Position numbers and translations under genes: made by a program
Source of the DNA: a virus
Length of the DNA: 64,000 bases
IMG/VR virus record: IMGVR_UViG_3300037193_001286
Span: 9,859 to 73,858 of that record
Direction: 5' to 3' (one strand)
Shown here: in pieces, positions 54,935 to 64,000 of the stretch
How positions within the stretch are numbered: position 1 is the first letter of the stretch
Layout of the letters: each line of letters opens with the position of its first letter
Notes under the pieces: generated by a model
Seen by the model: only the letters and a program-made list of their open reading frames with translations
Told to the model about the DNA's origin: nothing
Database searches by the model: none

Positions 54935-56386
54935 ATGAACGTCATCGACAAGACCATCGACAAGATTCCGCTCAAGGGTGACGACGCCGAAATCGACTGG
55001 GCGCGGCTGGATACCGGTCTGCAATACAAGGGCAAGGCAATCGTCCTGCCCGGCGAACCAGGCGAAATGCCGATCCCGGACGCCATCCAGACCCTTGAGA
55101 GGATCGATCAGGCGAACAAGCAAACCTACGATGTCACCGAGCACATTCAGGGTCTGCCGTGGGATGCGGCGGTCGCTACCTTCCTCGCAATGCAGTCAAT
55201 TTATGGGGTGATTTTGCCGAAGACGATGATGACGTGGTTCGGCCCCCGCAACCCGAGTTTCCTTACGGTCAAGACCGGGAAGAAGAAGACCGATGTCATT
55301 CAGGTGCCGGTCGGCCAGATAACCCTTCCGGGTATGGCCAACCCAATTTTCGTCACGCCGCGTGCTAACGGTCTCTATCTCTCCGGAACGGTGACGAAGA
55401 AGGAGCAGAGCCGCCTGATCGAGATCGCGATCAAAGCGCGCGACATCGTCAACAACAATTCCATTTACAAGGGCAAGGCAATCGCGCTCAAGGTCGACGA
55501 GGAAGGCGATCTCGACATGTCGCAACAGCCGGACTTCTTCGACGTCTCGCACGTCAAGGAGACCGACGCGATCTATAACAAGATCACCCATTCGATAATC
55601 AAGACGTCGATCTTCGCTCCGATCCAGCACACCGATGCCTGCCGGAAGCACAACGTCGCGTTGAAGCGCGGAATCCTGCTTGAGGGTCGCTACGGCTGCG
55701 GCAAGTCCCTAACCGCTCGCGTCACGGCGAAGATCGCCGAGGACAACGGCTGGACCTTCATCGTCCTCGACCGGGCACAAGGCCTGAAGGCGGCGCTTGA
55801 GACGGCCAAGCGCTATCAGCCTTGCGTCGTATTCGCGGAAGACATCGACCGGTTCGGCGACCGCACCAAGGAGAAGGTCAACGATCTGGTCAACCTCCTC
55901 GACGGCCTCGTGCCGCTTGGTTCGGCGATCATGACGATCCTGACGACAAACCACATCGAAAAGATCGACAAGGCCCTCCTGCGCCCCGGTCGCCTCGATG
56001 CGGTGATCTCCATCGACGCACCGGACGCCGAGACGGTCGGTCGCCTGATCAAGCACTACGCCGCCGAGGCGCTGCCTGACGACGTTTCGCTTGAAGCGGT
56101 CGGTACTGCCTTGGCCGGTCAAATCCCGGCATCCATCGCCGAGGTCGTGAAGCGCGCCAAGCTGGCCATGCTCACCGAGGATCGCCAGCAGCTGACGGAA
56201 GACGATCTTGTCACCGCCGCCGAAAGCGCCATGCGCCACCTCGCCCTGCTTGCAGACATGCCGCCGCAGAAGTCGAAGGGCGATCTGCTCGCCGACTCGT
56301 TGACGGATGTCGTCAACGCACGCGTCGAGCTGATGGCTGAAGAAATGACGAATGGCATCAAGGCCATTCTTGAACAGGTCTCGTAA
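54935..56386 (+). CDS. AAA+ ATPase
   Basis: RGILLEG.YGCGKS, FAEDID, LNLLDG-like and TTN....D.ALLRPGRLD motifs. Confidence 0.9.
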   Translation: MNVIDKTIDKIPLKGDDAEIDWARLDTGLQYKGKAIVLPGEPGEMPIPDAIQTLERIDQANKQTYDVTEHIQGLPWDAAVATFLAMQSIYGVILPKTMMTWFGPRNPSFLTVKTGKKKTDVIQVPVGQITLPGMANPIFVTPRANGLYLSGTVTKKEQSRLIEIAIKARDIVNNNSIYKGKAIALKVDEEGDLDMSQQPDFFDVSHVKETDAIYNKITHSIIKTSIFAPIQHTDACRKHNVALKRGILLEGRYGCGKSLTARVTAKIAEDNGWTFIVLDRAQGLKAALETAKRYQPCVVFAEDIDRFGDRTKEKVNDLVNLLDGLVPLGSAIMTILTTNHIEKIDKALLRPGRLDAVISIDAPDAETVGRLIKHYAAEALPDDVSLEAVGTALAGQIPASIAEVVKRAKLAMLTEDRQQLTEDDLVTAAESAMRHLALLADMPPQKSKGDLLADSLTDVVNARVELMAEEMTNGIKAILEQVS

Positions 56387-56761
56387 TCCAAATCCCTGCG
56401 CGCGCCTTAGGCAACAGCGCGCGCGGGATAAGCGGGACGGCCCCATCCGCCTTGCCGGGGCCGTCCCGTCGAATTCCCCCGTAATTCCTTCCTCCTTGGA
56501 TCGGTGTTGCAACAACGGGGGATAGGCGGGATGGCCAAACTCGCTGCCTTTCGGAGGCCATCCCGCCGCCACTTCAGGAAATTGTCAGGAGGCAACAGCC
56601 ATGCCGACGCAATTGAGAAGTCGCCCTATGACCGAAATGGAGAAGCTGGAATTCCGGATCACATGCCTTGAGCGTTGGTCGCTGTTTCTCGACCGCATGC
56701 TTCTCTGCTTCCTGATCCTTGCCACGCTTCAGACCGTCGCGCTGATCTCCTTGCTCTGGTG

Positions 56762-57679
56762 ATGAAGATGGAAGTCCACCGCCGCACCGTAACGAACAGG
56801 ACAGAATGGCTGCAATGGCGCAGACAGTATCTGTGCGCGTCGGATGTCGGAGCGGCAGCTGGCGTTGACGAATACCGGACGGCGCTTTCGGTCTATGCCG
56901 AAAAGGCCGGGCTGATCATGAACGCTCCGGATAGCCCGCTCCTGCGCCGTGGCCGGAATTTCGAAGCAGCCGCGATTGCCTATCTGGTCGAGGATCACCC
57001 GGACTGGCGGATCAGCCAGCCGCACGTCTTTCTGTTCAACAACGAATTCCGGATCGCTTGCACGCCTGACGCCATCGTCGAAACGCCGGATCGGCCGGGC
57101 ATCACCAACTGCCAGATCAAGACGGTCGCCAAGCCAGCGTTCGAAAAGTGGAACGGCGAGCCGCCAGCCTCCTATTCGCTACAGGTCGCGACCGAAAACA
57201 TGCTGCTCGACGCCGTTCACGGCATCCTGGCCGTGCTGGTCGTCGATACCTATAGCGCCGAACTGGAAATCTTCGACATCCCGCGCCATGCGGCTGCGGA
57301 AGCGAAGATCAGGGAATTTTCGCTCGACTTCTGGAAAAACCTCGAGGACGGAAAATTTCCGCCTCCCGATTTCAAGCGCGATCACTCGACGATCGCCGAG
57401 ATGAACGCCAATGGCGTGCCGGACAGCGTCATCGACCTAACCGGCGACAACCTGCTCAACGAGATGCTTGAGAAGCGAGAAATGCTGAAGGCGAACATCG
57501 CCGACATGGAGGCTGATGTCGCCGCCTGTGATGCCGAAATCCGCCACAAGCTGGGGGAATTCGAGCGCGCCGAATTCCCCGGCTGGAAGATCACGCTCCG
57601 AGAGCAGGTGCGGAAATCATATGTGGTGCCGGAGTGGTCCGGCCGCGTGTTGCGTGTGAGGCGGGAGAGAGAGAAATGA
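56762..57679 (+). CDS. YqaJ-like viral recombination exonuclease
   Basis: WL..RR....ASDV, RG..FE, TPD and QIKT motifs. Confidence 0.88.
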   Translation: MKMEVHRRTVTNRTEWLQWRRQYLCASDVGAAAGVDEYRTALSVYAEKAGLIMNAPDSPLLRRGRNFEAAAIAYLVEDHPDWRISQPHVFLFNNEFRIACTPDAIVETPDRPGITNCQIKTVAKPAFEKWNGEPPASYSLQVATENMLLDAVHGILAVLVVDTYSAELEIFDIPRHAAAEAKIREFSLDFWKNLEDGKFPPPDFKRDHSTIAEMNANGVPDSVIDLTGDNLLNEMLEKREMLKANIADMEADVAACDAEIRHKLGEFERAEFPGWKITLREQVRKSYVVPEWSGRVLRVRREREK

Positions 57680-58197
57680 TTCCACAACTGAAGCAGTCCG
57701 AAATCGCCGTTGGTCTGACGCTTGCCGACCTTCACGAGAAGATGGTCGCATTCGGTGAGGATCAGTTTGCGCGCAAGGGCGCAGCGCCATTCCTCTGGCT
57801 CATCTGGGACGGGGCGCATCTCCTGTGGATCGACACGCCGTGGGAGGATGAAGAGGAAAAATATCTGTCGGTCTCCTTCATCAAGCGCCTGATGCAGGTC
57901 TGCGGCGCGCGGATGTATTCCTTCATGAGCGAGGCGTGGGAAGCGAAGGTGACCGCAAGTGAGGTCGCCAGCCACGGCAATAGACGGGCAAGCGAGATCC
58001 CCGGCCGTGAAGACATCCTGATGATCCATAGCCATCACATCGACGGCAGCTATCTGGGCACCCGCTACAAGGTGACCATACGCCGTCCGCAAGGGCCGAA
58101 CTTCCTTGGGCCGCGCGACGATCAATCCCTTACGGGCGCGAGCAATGTCGGCGGCGATATTTTCGATCTTTTCTCACAGATAAGGAATGGACGATGA
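57676..58197 (+). CDS. Hypothetical protein
   Basis: ATGA-coupled; SEAW and RED motifs. Confidence 0.6.
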   Translation: MIPQLKQSEIAVGLTLADLHEKMVAFGEDQFARKGAAPFLWLIWDGAHLLWIDTPWEDEEEKYLSVSFIKRLMQVCGARMYSFMSEAWEAKVTASEVASHGNRRASEIPGREDILMIHSHHIDGSYLGTRYKVTIRRPQGPNFLGPRDDQSLTGASNVGGDIFDLFSQIRNGR

Positions 58198-59270
58198 CCG
58201 TTGATACGAGAGAGGAACGCCGTTCGGCGCTCGACGAATTCGCCGCCAGCACCAAGCAGGAGCTGGTTCCGGTGAAGCTGCAATCGGCGGTATCACCCAT
58301 GGAGACCGTCCACGGTGCCCAGCCTGTGGCGGTCAAGCGTGATGACGCGGCCGTGCTGTCGAAGCTGAAGGTGCTCGCGGCTGCGGCTGGCGAGGATTGG
58401 TATTATCGTTTCCCGGTCAAGAACCGGCAAAAAGGCACCACGGATTTCATCGAAGGGCCGTCGATCAAGCTGGCGAATGACCTGTCGCGCATCTATGGCA
58501 ACTGCGAGGTCGATTGCCGGGCGCAAGATTTGGGCGATCACTGGCTGTTTCACGCCCGGTTCATCGATATCGAAACCGGCTATTCGCTCACCCGGCCATT
58601 CCAACAGCGGAAGAACGCATCCCGTATGGGCGGCGACGAGGACCGCAGACTGGACATCGCCTTCCAGATCGGCGCGTCGAAAGCGATCCGCAACGTCATC
58701 GTCAACGCCCTTCAGACCTTCGCCGACTTCGCATTCGACGAAGCCAAGCAGGCGTTGGTCGACAAGATCGGCAAGCGGCTTGAGGACTATCGTAGCCGCA
58801 CCATCGACCGGCTGTCGGCGAAGCTTGACATCAAGCGCGTCGAATCTGCTATGGGCCGATCTGCGAAGGAATGGCTCGCGCCGGACATCGCCCGCATCAT
58901 CGCCACGATGAAGGCGGTCGAAGACGGCATGGCGACGCTCGATGAGAGCTTCCCGCCGTTCACAGTCGAATCCAAATCCACCACCGCGTCCCTCGACACG
59001 TTCGCGGATGGTGCCGGTCACGCCACCCAGCCGCCTCCCCCCTCAGAGGCGGGCGCGACCGGGGCCGACGAATCCCCCAGCCCCACCTCAAGGTCGTCGG
59101 CCGATCCTTTTGCAGCACTTCAGCGTCGCCTGAAGGACGCCCCGAACGAGGCGGCAGTGCACCAGCTCTGGGAAGACCTGAAGCTGGATGAGCACTACGA
59201 AAACGACGAGCCAGGCCGCCAGAAAGCATGGAAGCTCGCCGACGCCAGACTGAAGGAGCTACGCAAATGA
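58194..59270 (+). CDS. Putative ssDNA-annealing / recombination protein
   Basis: Y..P....IEGPSI.LA....YGN, D.ETG and SKA.RN motifs; follows the YqaJ-like gene. Confidence 0.6.
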   Translation: MTVDTREERRSALDEFAASTKQELVPVKLQSAVSPMETVHGAQPVAVKRDDAAVLSKLKVLAAAAGEDWYYRFPVKNRQKGTTDFIEGPSIKLANDLSRIYGNCEVDCRAQDLGDHWLFHARFIDIETGYSLTRPFQQRKNASRMGGDEDRRLDIAFQIGASKAIRNVIVNALQTFADFAFDEAKQALVDKIGKRLEDYRSRTIDRLSAKLDIKRVESAMGRSAKEWLAPDIARIIATMKAVEDGMATLDESFPPFTVESKSTTASLDTFADGAGHATQPPPPSEAGATGADESPSPTSRSSADPFAALQRRLKDAPNEAAVHQLWEDLKLDEHYENDEPGRQKAWKLADARLKELRK

Positions 59271-62200
59271 GCGATGGCGGAATCGTCGTCGAATGTGTCG
59301 CCTGTAAAGGCAAGAAAACGATCACCTTCGACGAGGCCTCACACCTCCTTGAGATGCCGTTCTGCGAGCGCTGTTACATGCCGATGGTCGCCGTCGAGGC
59401 GACGGTCAACAACACCCGGAAGAAGCAGCAGTGAAAAAGGAGAAGAACGATGATGCACAAACCACTCGGCCTTCAAGATCAGCTGCGTGCATGGCTGGCA
59501 ACCAAGAGCGGCCCATACGAATACAACCATTGCCGCGAATGCGCCCTCGCCCAGTTCCTGCGCGACGCTCACGGTGCGGACGCAAATATCCGCGTGGACA
59601 CCTTCTATTACACCGTCAACCAGAGACTGCATGCCATCCCCGAACCGCTCGACGTCCATCTGGCTCAAGCGCGGACATTCGAGGAGCTGCGCGATCTCAT
59701 AGATCGAGCCGCATAAGAACGGCACCAACTTCAACCAGAGAGGAAAATGACCATGTTCGGCAGCATATTCAAATCGAATGCCAAGGAGGCGATCAACAAG
59801 TTCGCCGGGAACACAGACTACCTTGAAGGTATGAGTGCCGCATGCGCCCTCACGGCGGCGGCGGAAGGCGGGATCGACGATACCGAATACGACAAGACTG
59901 TCGCGGTGATCCGCGCCAATTCGGCGATCTCGTCCGCATTCAACGCGCAGCAGATCGAAAGCACCTTTTCCCGGATGACGCCGAAGACGGCGACGCGCTC
60001 CGGCAAGGCCGAACTGAAGAACGAAATCCGCGAAGTGATCGCCCGCGACAAGACCGGCCAGATGGGCACCGCGATCCTTCTCGCTTGCCTCGACGTCGCC
60101 GATGAAGGCGGCATCGGCCCGCAAGAAGAAGCGGTCATGCGCGACATCGCGACGATCTGCAACGTCAGCTACGACAAGCTGGCTGCCGGTTAATCGACAT
60201 CCGGGGATCGCTCCGGCGATCCCCATCCACCGGAGCGACACCCATGGAATGGATACGCAAACGCGCTACGGCAACGCTGCTTTCGGCAGCTACTGCGGTC
60301 GTCATGCTTCAGCTGGTCGTCCCGGCGATCTTCGACTTCATTTTTGACCTGATCCTGATCGGGCTGGTCGGCCTCGCCGCCTTCATCAACGGGGACAAGA
60401 AAAAATGACCGACGACAGCGATGACGATGAAGTTCGGGGCCAGATTGCCATGGAGGTATTGAGGGCGAACATGGGGCCGATCTTCAAGGAGCTGGAAGAG
60501 CAGTTCCTGCGCCTGTCGGGCGCATTCCCCGACGATAGGACTTGGTTTGTGCCGGTGCTGCTGATTGGCATCGTGCACAACAATGATGAGGACGCTGATC
60601 TCTTCGGCACCGCCGTATCCGCGCCGGTCGGCCTTTCCGACAGAGGTATCAGGACCATACTTTCCGAAGCGCTCGATCAGGCTAATGCCGGTAACTGCGA
60701 AACGATGACGGTACTCGACGACGGCACCAGCGTTCCGAAGAAGGACATCCAATGAGAGCGCCGGTCCGCCATTTCGATTTCATGCCATCGGCAATCGCGA
60801 AGTTGCCACGCGATGATCGCGGCTATCCGATTCCGTATTTCGCGGCCGTCGTCGATGGCAAGCCGGACTTCAAATATGCAGATCCGGAAAAATTCCGGAA
60901 ATGCATCAAGCAGAATCGCTGCTGGATTTGCGGCGGGGTTCTGGGCGTCCGCAAGTGGTTCGTTCTGGGGCCGATGTGCACCATCACGCGCACCACGTCA
61001 GAACCGCCGTGCCACCGTGAGTGCGCGGAATTTGCCTGTCGCGCCTGTCCGTTCTTGACGAAGCCGCTGGCTAAGCGCGGCGAGACGCACGGCGTCAATC
61101 CTGGCGGCTTCATGATCGTGCGCAATCCGGGCGTCTCGGCGATCTGGGAGACAAAGACTTATGAGCTATTCGAGGCTGACGGTGTCCTATTTAGCGTCGG
61201 CCCACCGGAGGATGTGACGTTCTGGCGCGAGGGGCGCAAGGCGAAACCTGCGGAAGTTATTGAGAGCATCGAGACCGGGCTTCCGCCTCTGGTCGAGCTT
61301 GCCAAGAAAGACGGCGATCAGGGGGTAGCCGCCTTTATGCAGACCGTCGCCGACTTCCGGTTGGAAGTGGTGGACCGTTTCCTGAAGGAGGATACGAACA
61401 ATGGAGAAAACCCCCGAACAAGAACTCGCAAGCACGCTGATGTGCAGACTGGGCGACGACATTCTCAGTGAGGCGGAAGACATCTGCGCCGAGGCGCAAC
61501 AGGAGAACCTGTATTTCGTCCCCATCATCGTCATTGCGGCCGTGCGTGACGGCGAGCCAGCCCAGCTGCTGGCGAGCAATTGCGTGTTCTCCACCGGGCA
61601 GCCGATAGAGGAAATCGCCCGATTGCTGGGAATGACATCAAGGCATCTGGTCGGCGACAACGGCCCGGACGATGGAATCGCCGTCGAGCGCAGCGTCATC
61701 AATGGAGGGGAACAATGAACCAGTTCGCGCCAGTGTTGTCGGTCGGCCAGATCAGAATGCTTGAGATCGCCGACAAGATAGAAAAGCTGGACAAGAGCGG
61801 CTTCGATCTGTCGCGTTGGTATCATCCGAACTGCGGCACCCCCGCATGCATCGCCGGTCACGCGATCTGGGAGAAATACAGAACGCGAGGCTACTCCCAA
61901 GACGTATGCGAAACGTGGCTTCACAACGCCTCCCACGCTTCGGAAGCGGCGGATTATTTCGAGATCGACACCGATACCGCAGTCCAGCTGTTCATGCCGC
62001 TTGCCAGCGACCTGTTCCCGGACGGCATCTTCGATAAGCCAGCCGAGCTTTACCTGTTTCCCGATGATTACGCCCGATCCCACGTCACCGGCAAATGGGC
62101 TGCGGCCACGCTGCGGCATCTGGTGCGAACCGGCGAAGTGAACTGGCAAGTAGGGAGAGAGTCATGAAGAAGGCGGATCACCAAATCGGCGACGGCCCAA

Positions 62201-63741
62201 TCGACGAGCGCTATGTGGCCATGATGAATGCGATCGCCAAATCGCTCGACGAAGTCTTGAACGGCGATAAGGCGCGCACGCCGGATGCGACGGTCGGCTT
62301 CGTCCTCATGGTCTTTCCATTCGGAGACGTTGCTGGCCGGACGAACTACATCTCGAATGCGCGTCGGGAAGACATTGTCGTTCTGTTGAAGGAACAGCTC
62401 GCCAGATTCGAGGGCCAGCCCGAGGTCAAGGGCCATGCTTGAGAACGAAACGAAAGTGGACGCGCGCTGCCCGCATTGCAATCGCAAACACGAGCTGGCG
62501 ACATGCGTGGACGCCGACGCCACACCGAAAGACGGTGACTTCTCGCTCTGCATCAAGTGTGGCGAATGGGCGATCTTCGACCACAAGTCCCCCGGCCACT
62601 TAAGGTCACCGACCGTCGATGAATACCTTCATATCGGCCAATCCGAGACGATGCGGAAAACCCGCGCGGCCTGGGTGACGATGAAGGAGAAAATCGACAA
62701 GAAGCCTGAACCGCCGCCGAAGCCCAAGCCGAAGAAGCCCACGCCGTTGCAGGATGGCTTCGACGCACTGATGAAGGACGTCTATGGCGGGCATCGCGGC
62801 CCCATACCAGACAAAGTGTATAAGGAATTCCGCCGCCATTTCTTCTTCGGTGCGCTTGTTGCCGTGCAACATATCGCGGAAGCCATGGAAGACATGAACG
62901 TCGCGGACATGTTGAAACGCTACAACGACGTGGTCGACGAGGCGCGCGCTTTCAAAGCTGATCTCAGCGCTGGCGAGGCGTGAAATGAAGCCAATCTGCG
63001 TCCGCTGTCAGCGCTTCTATCGATGCAAGAAAAACGGCTTCGTCTTTTGCGAGATGATGCCGAAGGCGGGCGCACTTGACGCCCGGCCTGGCACCGAAGC
63101 GCCACATCAATGGACGCCTTACAAGATTTGGCGCGGCGATCTTTGGGAATGCAAGGGCTGCGGCCACTGGCTGGTCGTCGGCGTCGCGAGAGCACCGTCA
63201 AGCGAGCATTGGAAGCCGGACTTCGCCGAGGAGATGACGCACGTCCAGCTGCTGGTGAACGACTGCTGAAGGAGAAGACGATGGACACTTATGAGCACTA
63301 TGCCAAGCAGGTCCAGACGGCGATTGGTTTCAGGCCGAACAAGAAGATGCTGGAACCGAAACATCTGCGCGTTGGGATCGACATGAGCAAGGCCGACATG
63401 AAAGGCCTCGTCGAGCTGCTGATCGCCAAGGGCGTCTTCACCGCCGATGAATACATGGCAGCGGTGACGAAGTCGGCCGCTGATGAAGCCGAACTACAGC
63501 GCGCCGCGCTCGCGCAAGAGATGGGCATCGACGATCCCAACACGATCACACTGGGAGGGTGATGCCCATGCTTGTCAACCTTGAGGTCGAGGCTGCCAAG
63601 AAGCTGATCATCCGGTTGCTCTATGAAGCGCATCCGAAAGCGGTGCCACATGAGGAATTGCGGACGCGATTTGTCTCCCTCGTCAGGAAGCATGGTTCGG
63701 CGATTGCCGCACTGAAGCATCTGGAAGGGAGGCTGCAATGA
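59267..63741 (+). CDS. Run of small hypothetical ORFs (e.g. 59450-59716, 60405-60755, 61401-61718, 61715-62167, 62164-62442, 62435-62983, 62985-63269, 63281-63562, 63559-63741)
   Basis: Co-oriented, overlapping start/stop codons, several CxxC motifs. Confidence 0.55.
59747..60193 (+). CDS. TerB-family protein
   Basis: LE...AACAL.AAA.G.ID..E and VAD.GGIG..E..V...I motifs. Confidence 0.8.
   Translation: MTMFGSIFKSNAKEAINKFAGNTDYLEGMSAACALTAAAEGGIDDTEYDKTVAVIRANSAISSAFNAQQIESTFSRMTPKTATRSGKAELKNEIREVIARDKTGQMGTAILLACLDVADEGGIGPQEEAVMRDIATICNVSYDKLAAG
60752..61471 (+). CDS. Conserved phage Cys-rich protein
   Basis: RGYP.PYF, CWICG, GPMC and EPP.H.ECA.FA..ACPFL motifs. Confidence 0.7.
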   Translation: MRAPVRHFDFMPSAIAKLPRDDRGYPIPYFAAVVDGKPDFKYADPEKFRKCIKQNRCWICGGVLGVRKWFVLGPMCTITRTTSEPPCHRECAEFACRACPFLTKPLAKRGETHGVNPGGFMIVRNPGVSAIWETKTYELFEADGVLFSVGPPEDVTFWREGRKAKPAEVIESIETGLPPLVELAKKDGDQGVAAFMQTVADFRLEVVDRFLKEDTNNGENPRTRTRKHADVQTGRRHSQ

Positions 63742-64000
63742 GACCGTATGCGGCCGTTCTTGTTGCAGTAGTCTCGTTCGGCGCGGCCCAAGCCCACGAT
63801 GCGCCGGCCGGTTGGAGCTACGACCGAAGCTGCTGCTCCGGCATCGATTGCCGCGTCGTCAACCACCAGGGCGGGGTGCAGGTCTCTGAGACGCCGAAAG
63901 GCTATCGGATTTCGACGACCGGCGAGACGCTGAACTATCGCGATTCCCGGATCAAAGTTTCACCTGACGGCGAATACCACTGGTGCAGCGCTGGCGGGCG

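Noticed and set aside
55709-60241. Long minus-strand ORFs opposite the ATPase, recombinase and TerB genes
   Set aside because: Antisense shadows of high-GC3 genes.

Overview
64 kb of a tailed (siphovirus-like) phage or prophage, probably infecting a Rhizobiales alphaproteobacterium (GC-rich, GATC-rich, GcrA-like and GTA-like genes). 1-22.6 kb (minus strand) holds the lysis, lambda-type tail and HK97-type head genes, including a protease-capsid fusion placed upstream of the portal and two collagen-like fibres. 22.6-34.5 kb is an accessory block that separates the head genes from the terminase. It carries many small DNA-binding proteins, a secreted nuclease and a Ro60/TROVE gene preceded by four tandem Y-RNA-like elements, one of them a YrlA-type permuted tRNA mimic. 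34.6-37.3 kb holds TerL, TerS, a probable cos region and an HNH gene. 36.8-43.6 kb is a sharply bounded island of about 17 small plus-strand ORFs at the predicted genome end. It has its own repeated promoter/operator, a repeated non-Shine-Dalgarno leader (GGCAAGGCAATG), conserved intergenic hairpins and a distinct word composition (GANTC- and CGGCCG-rich, GATC-poor). 43.7-54.2 kb (minus) is a replication/modification block with a symmetric origin-like dyad, helicases, a C5 methyltransferase with a nested second ORF, RuvC, an amino-methyltransferase and a GcrA C-terminal-domain-only gene. 54.2-64 kb holds a Cro/CI-like switch, an AAA+ ATPase, recombination genes, TerB and many hypothetical ORFs. 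No integrase or CRISPR array was seen. The strongest candidates for new biology are the four-member Y RNA array with Ro60 and the methylation-word-coded terminal island, possibly linked to the MTase and mini-GcrA genes. All motif counts were made by eye and are approximate.
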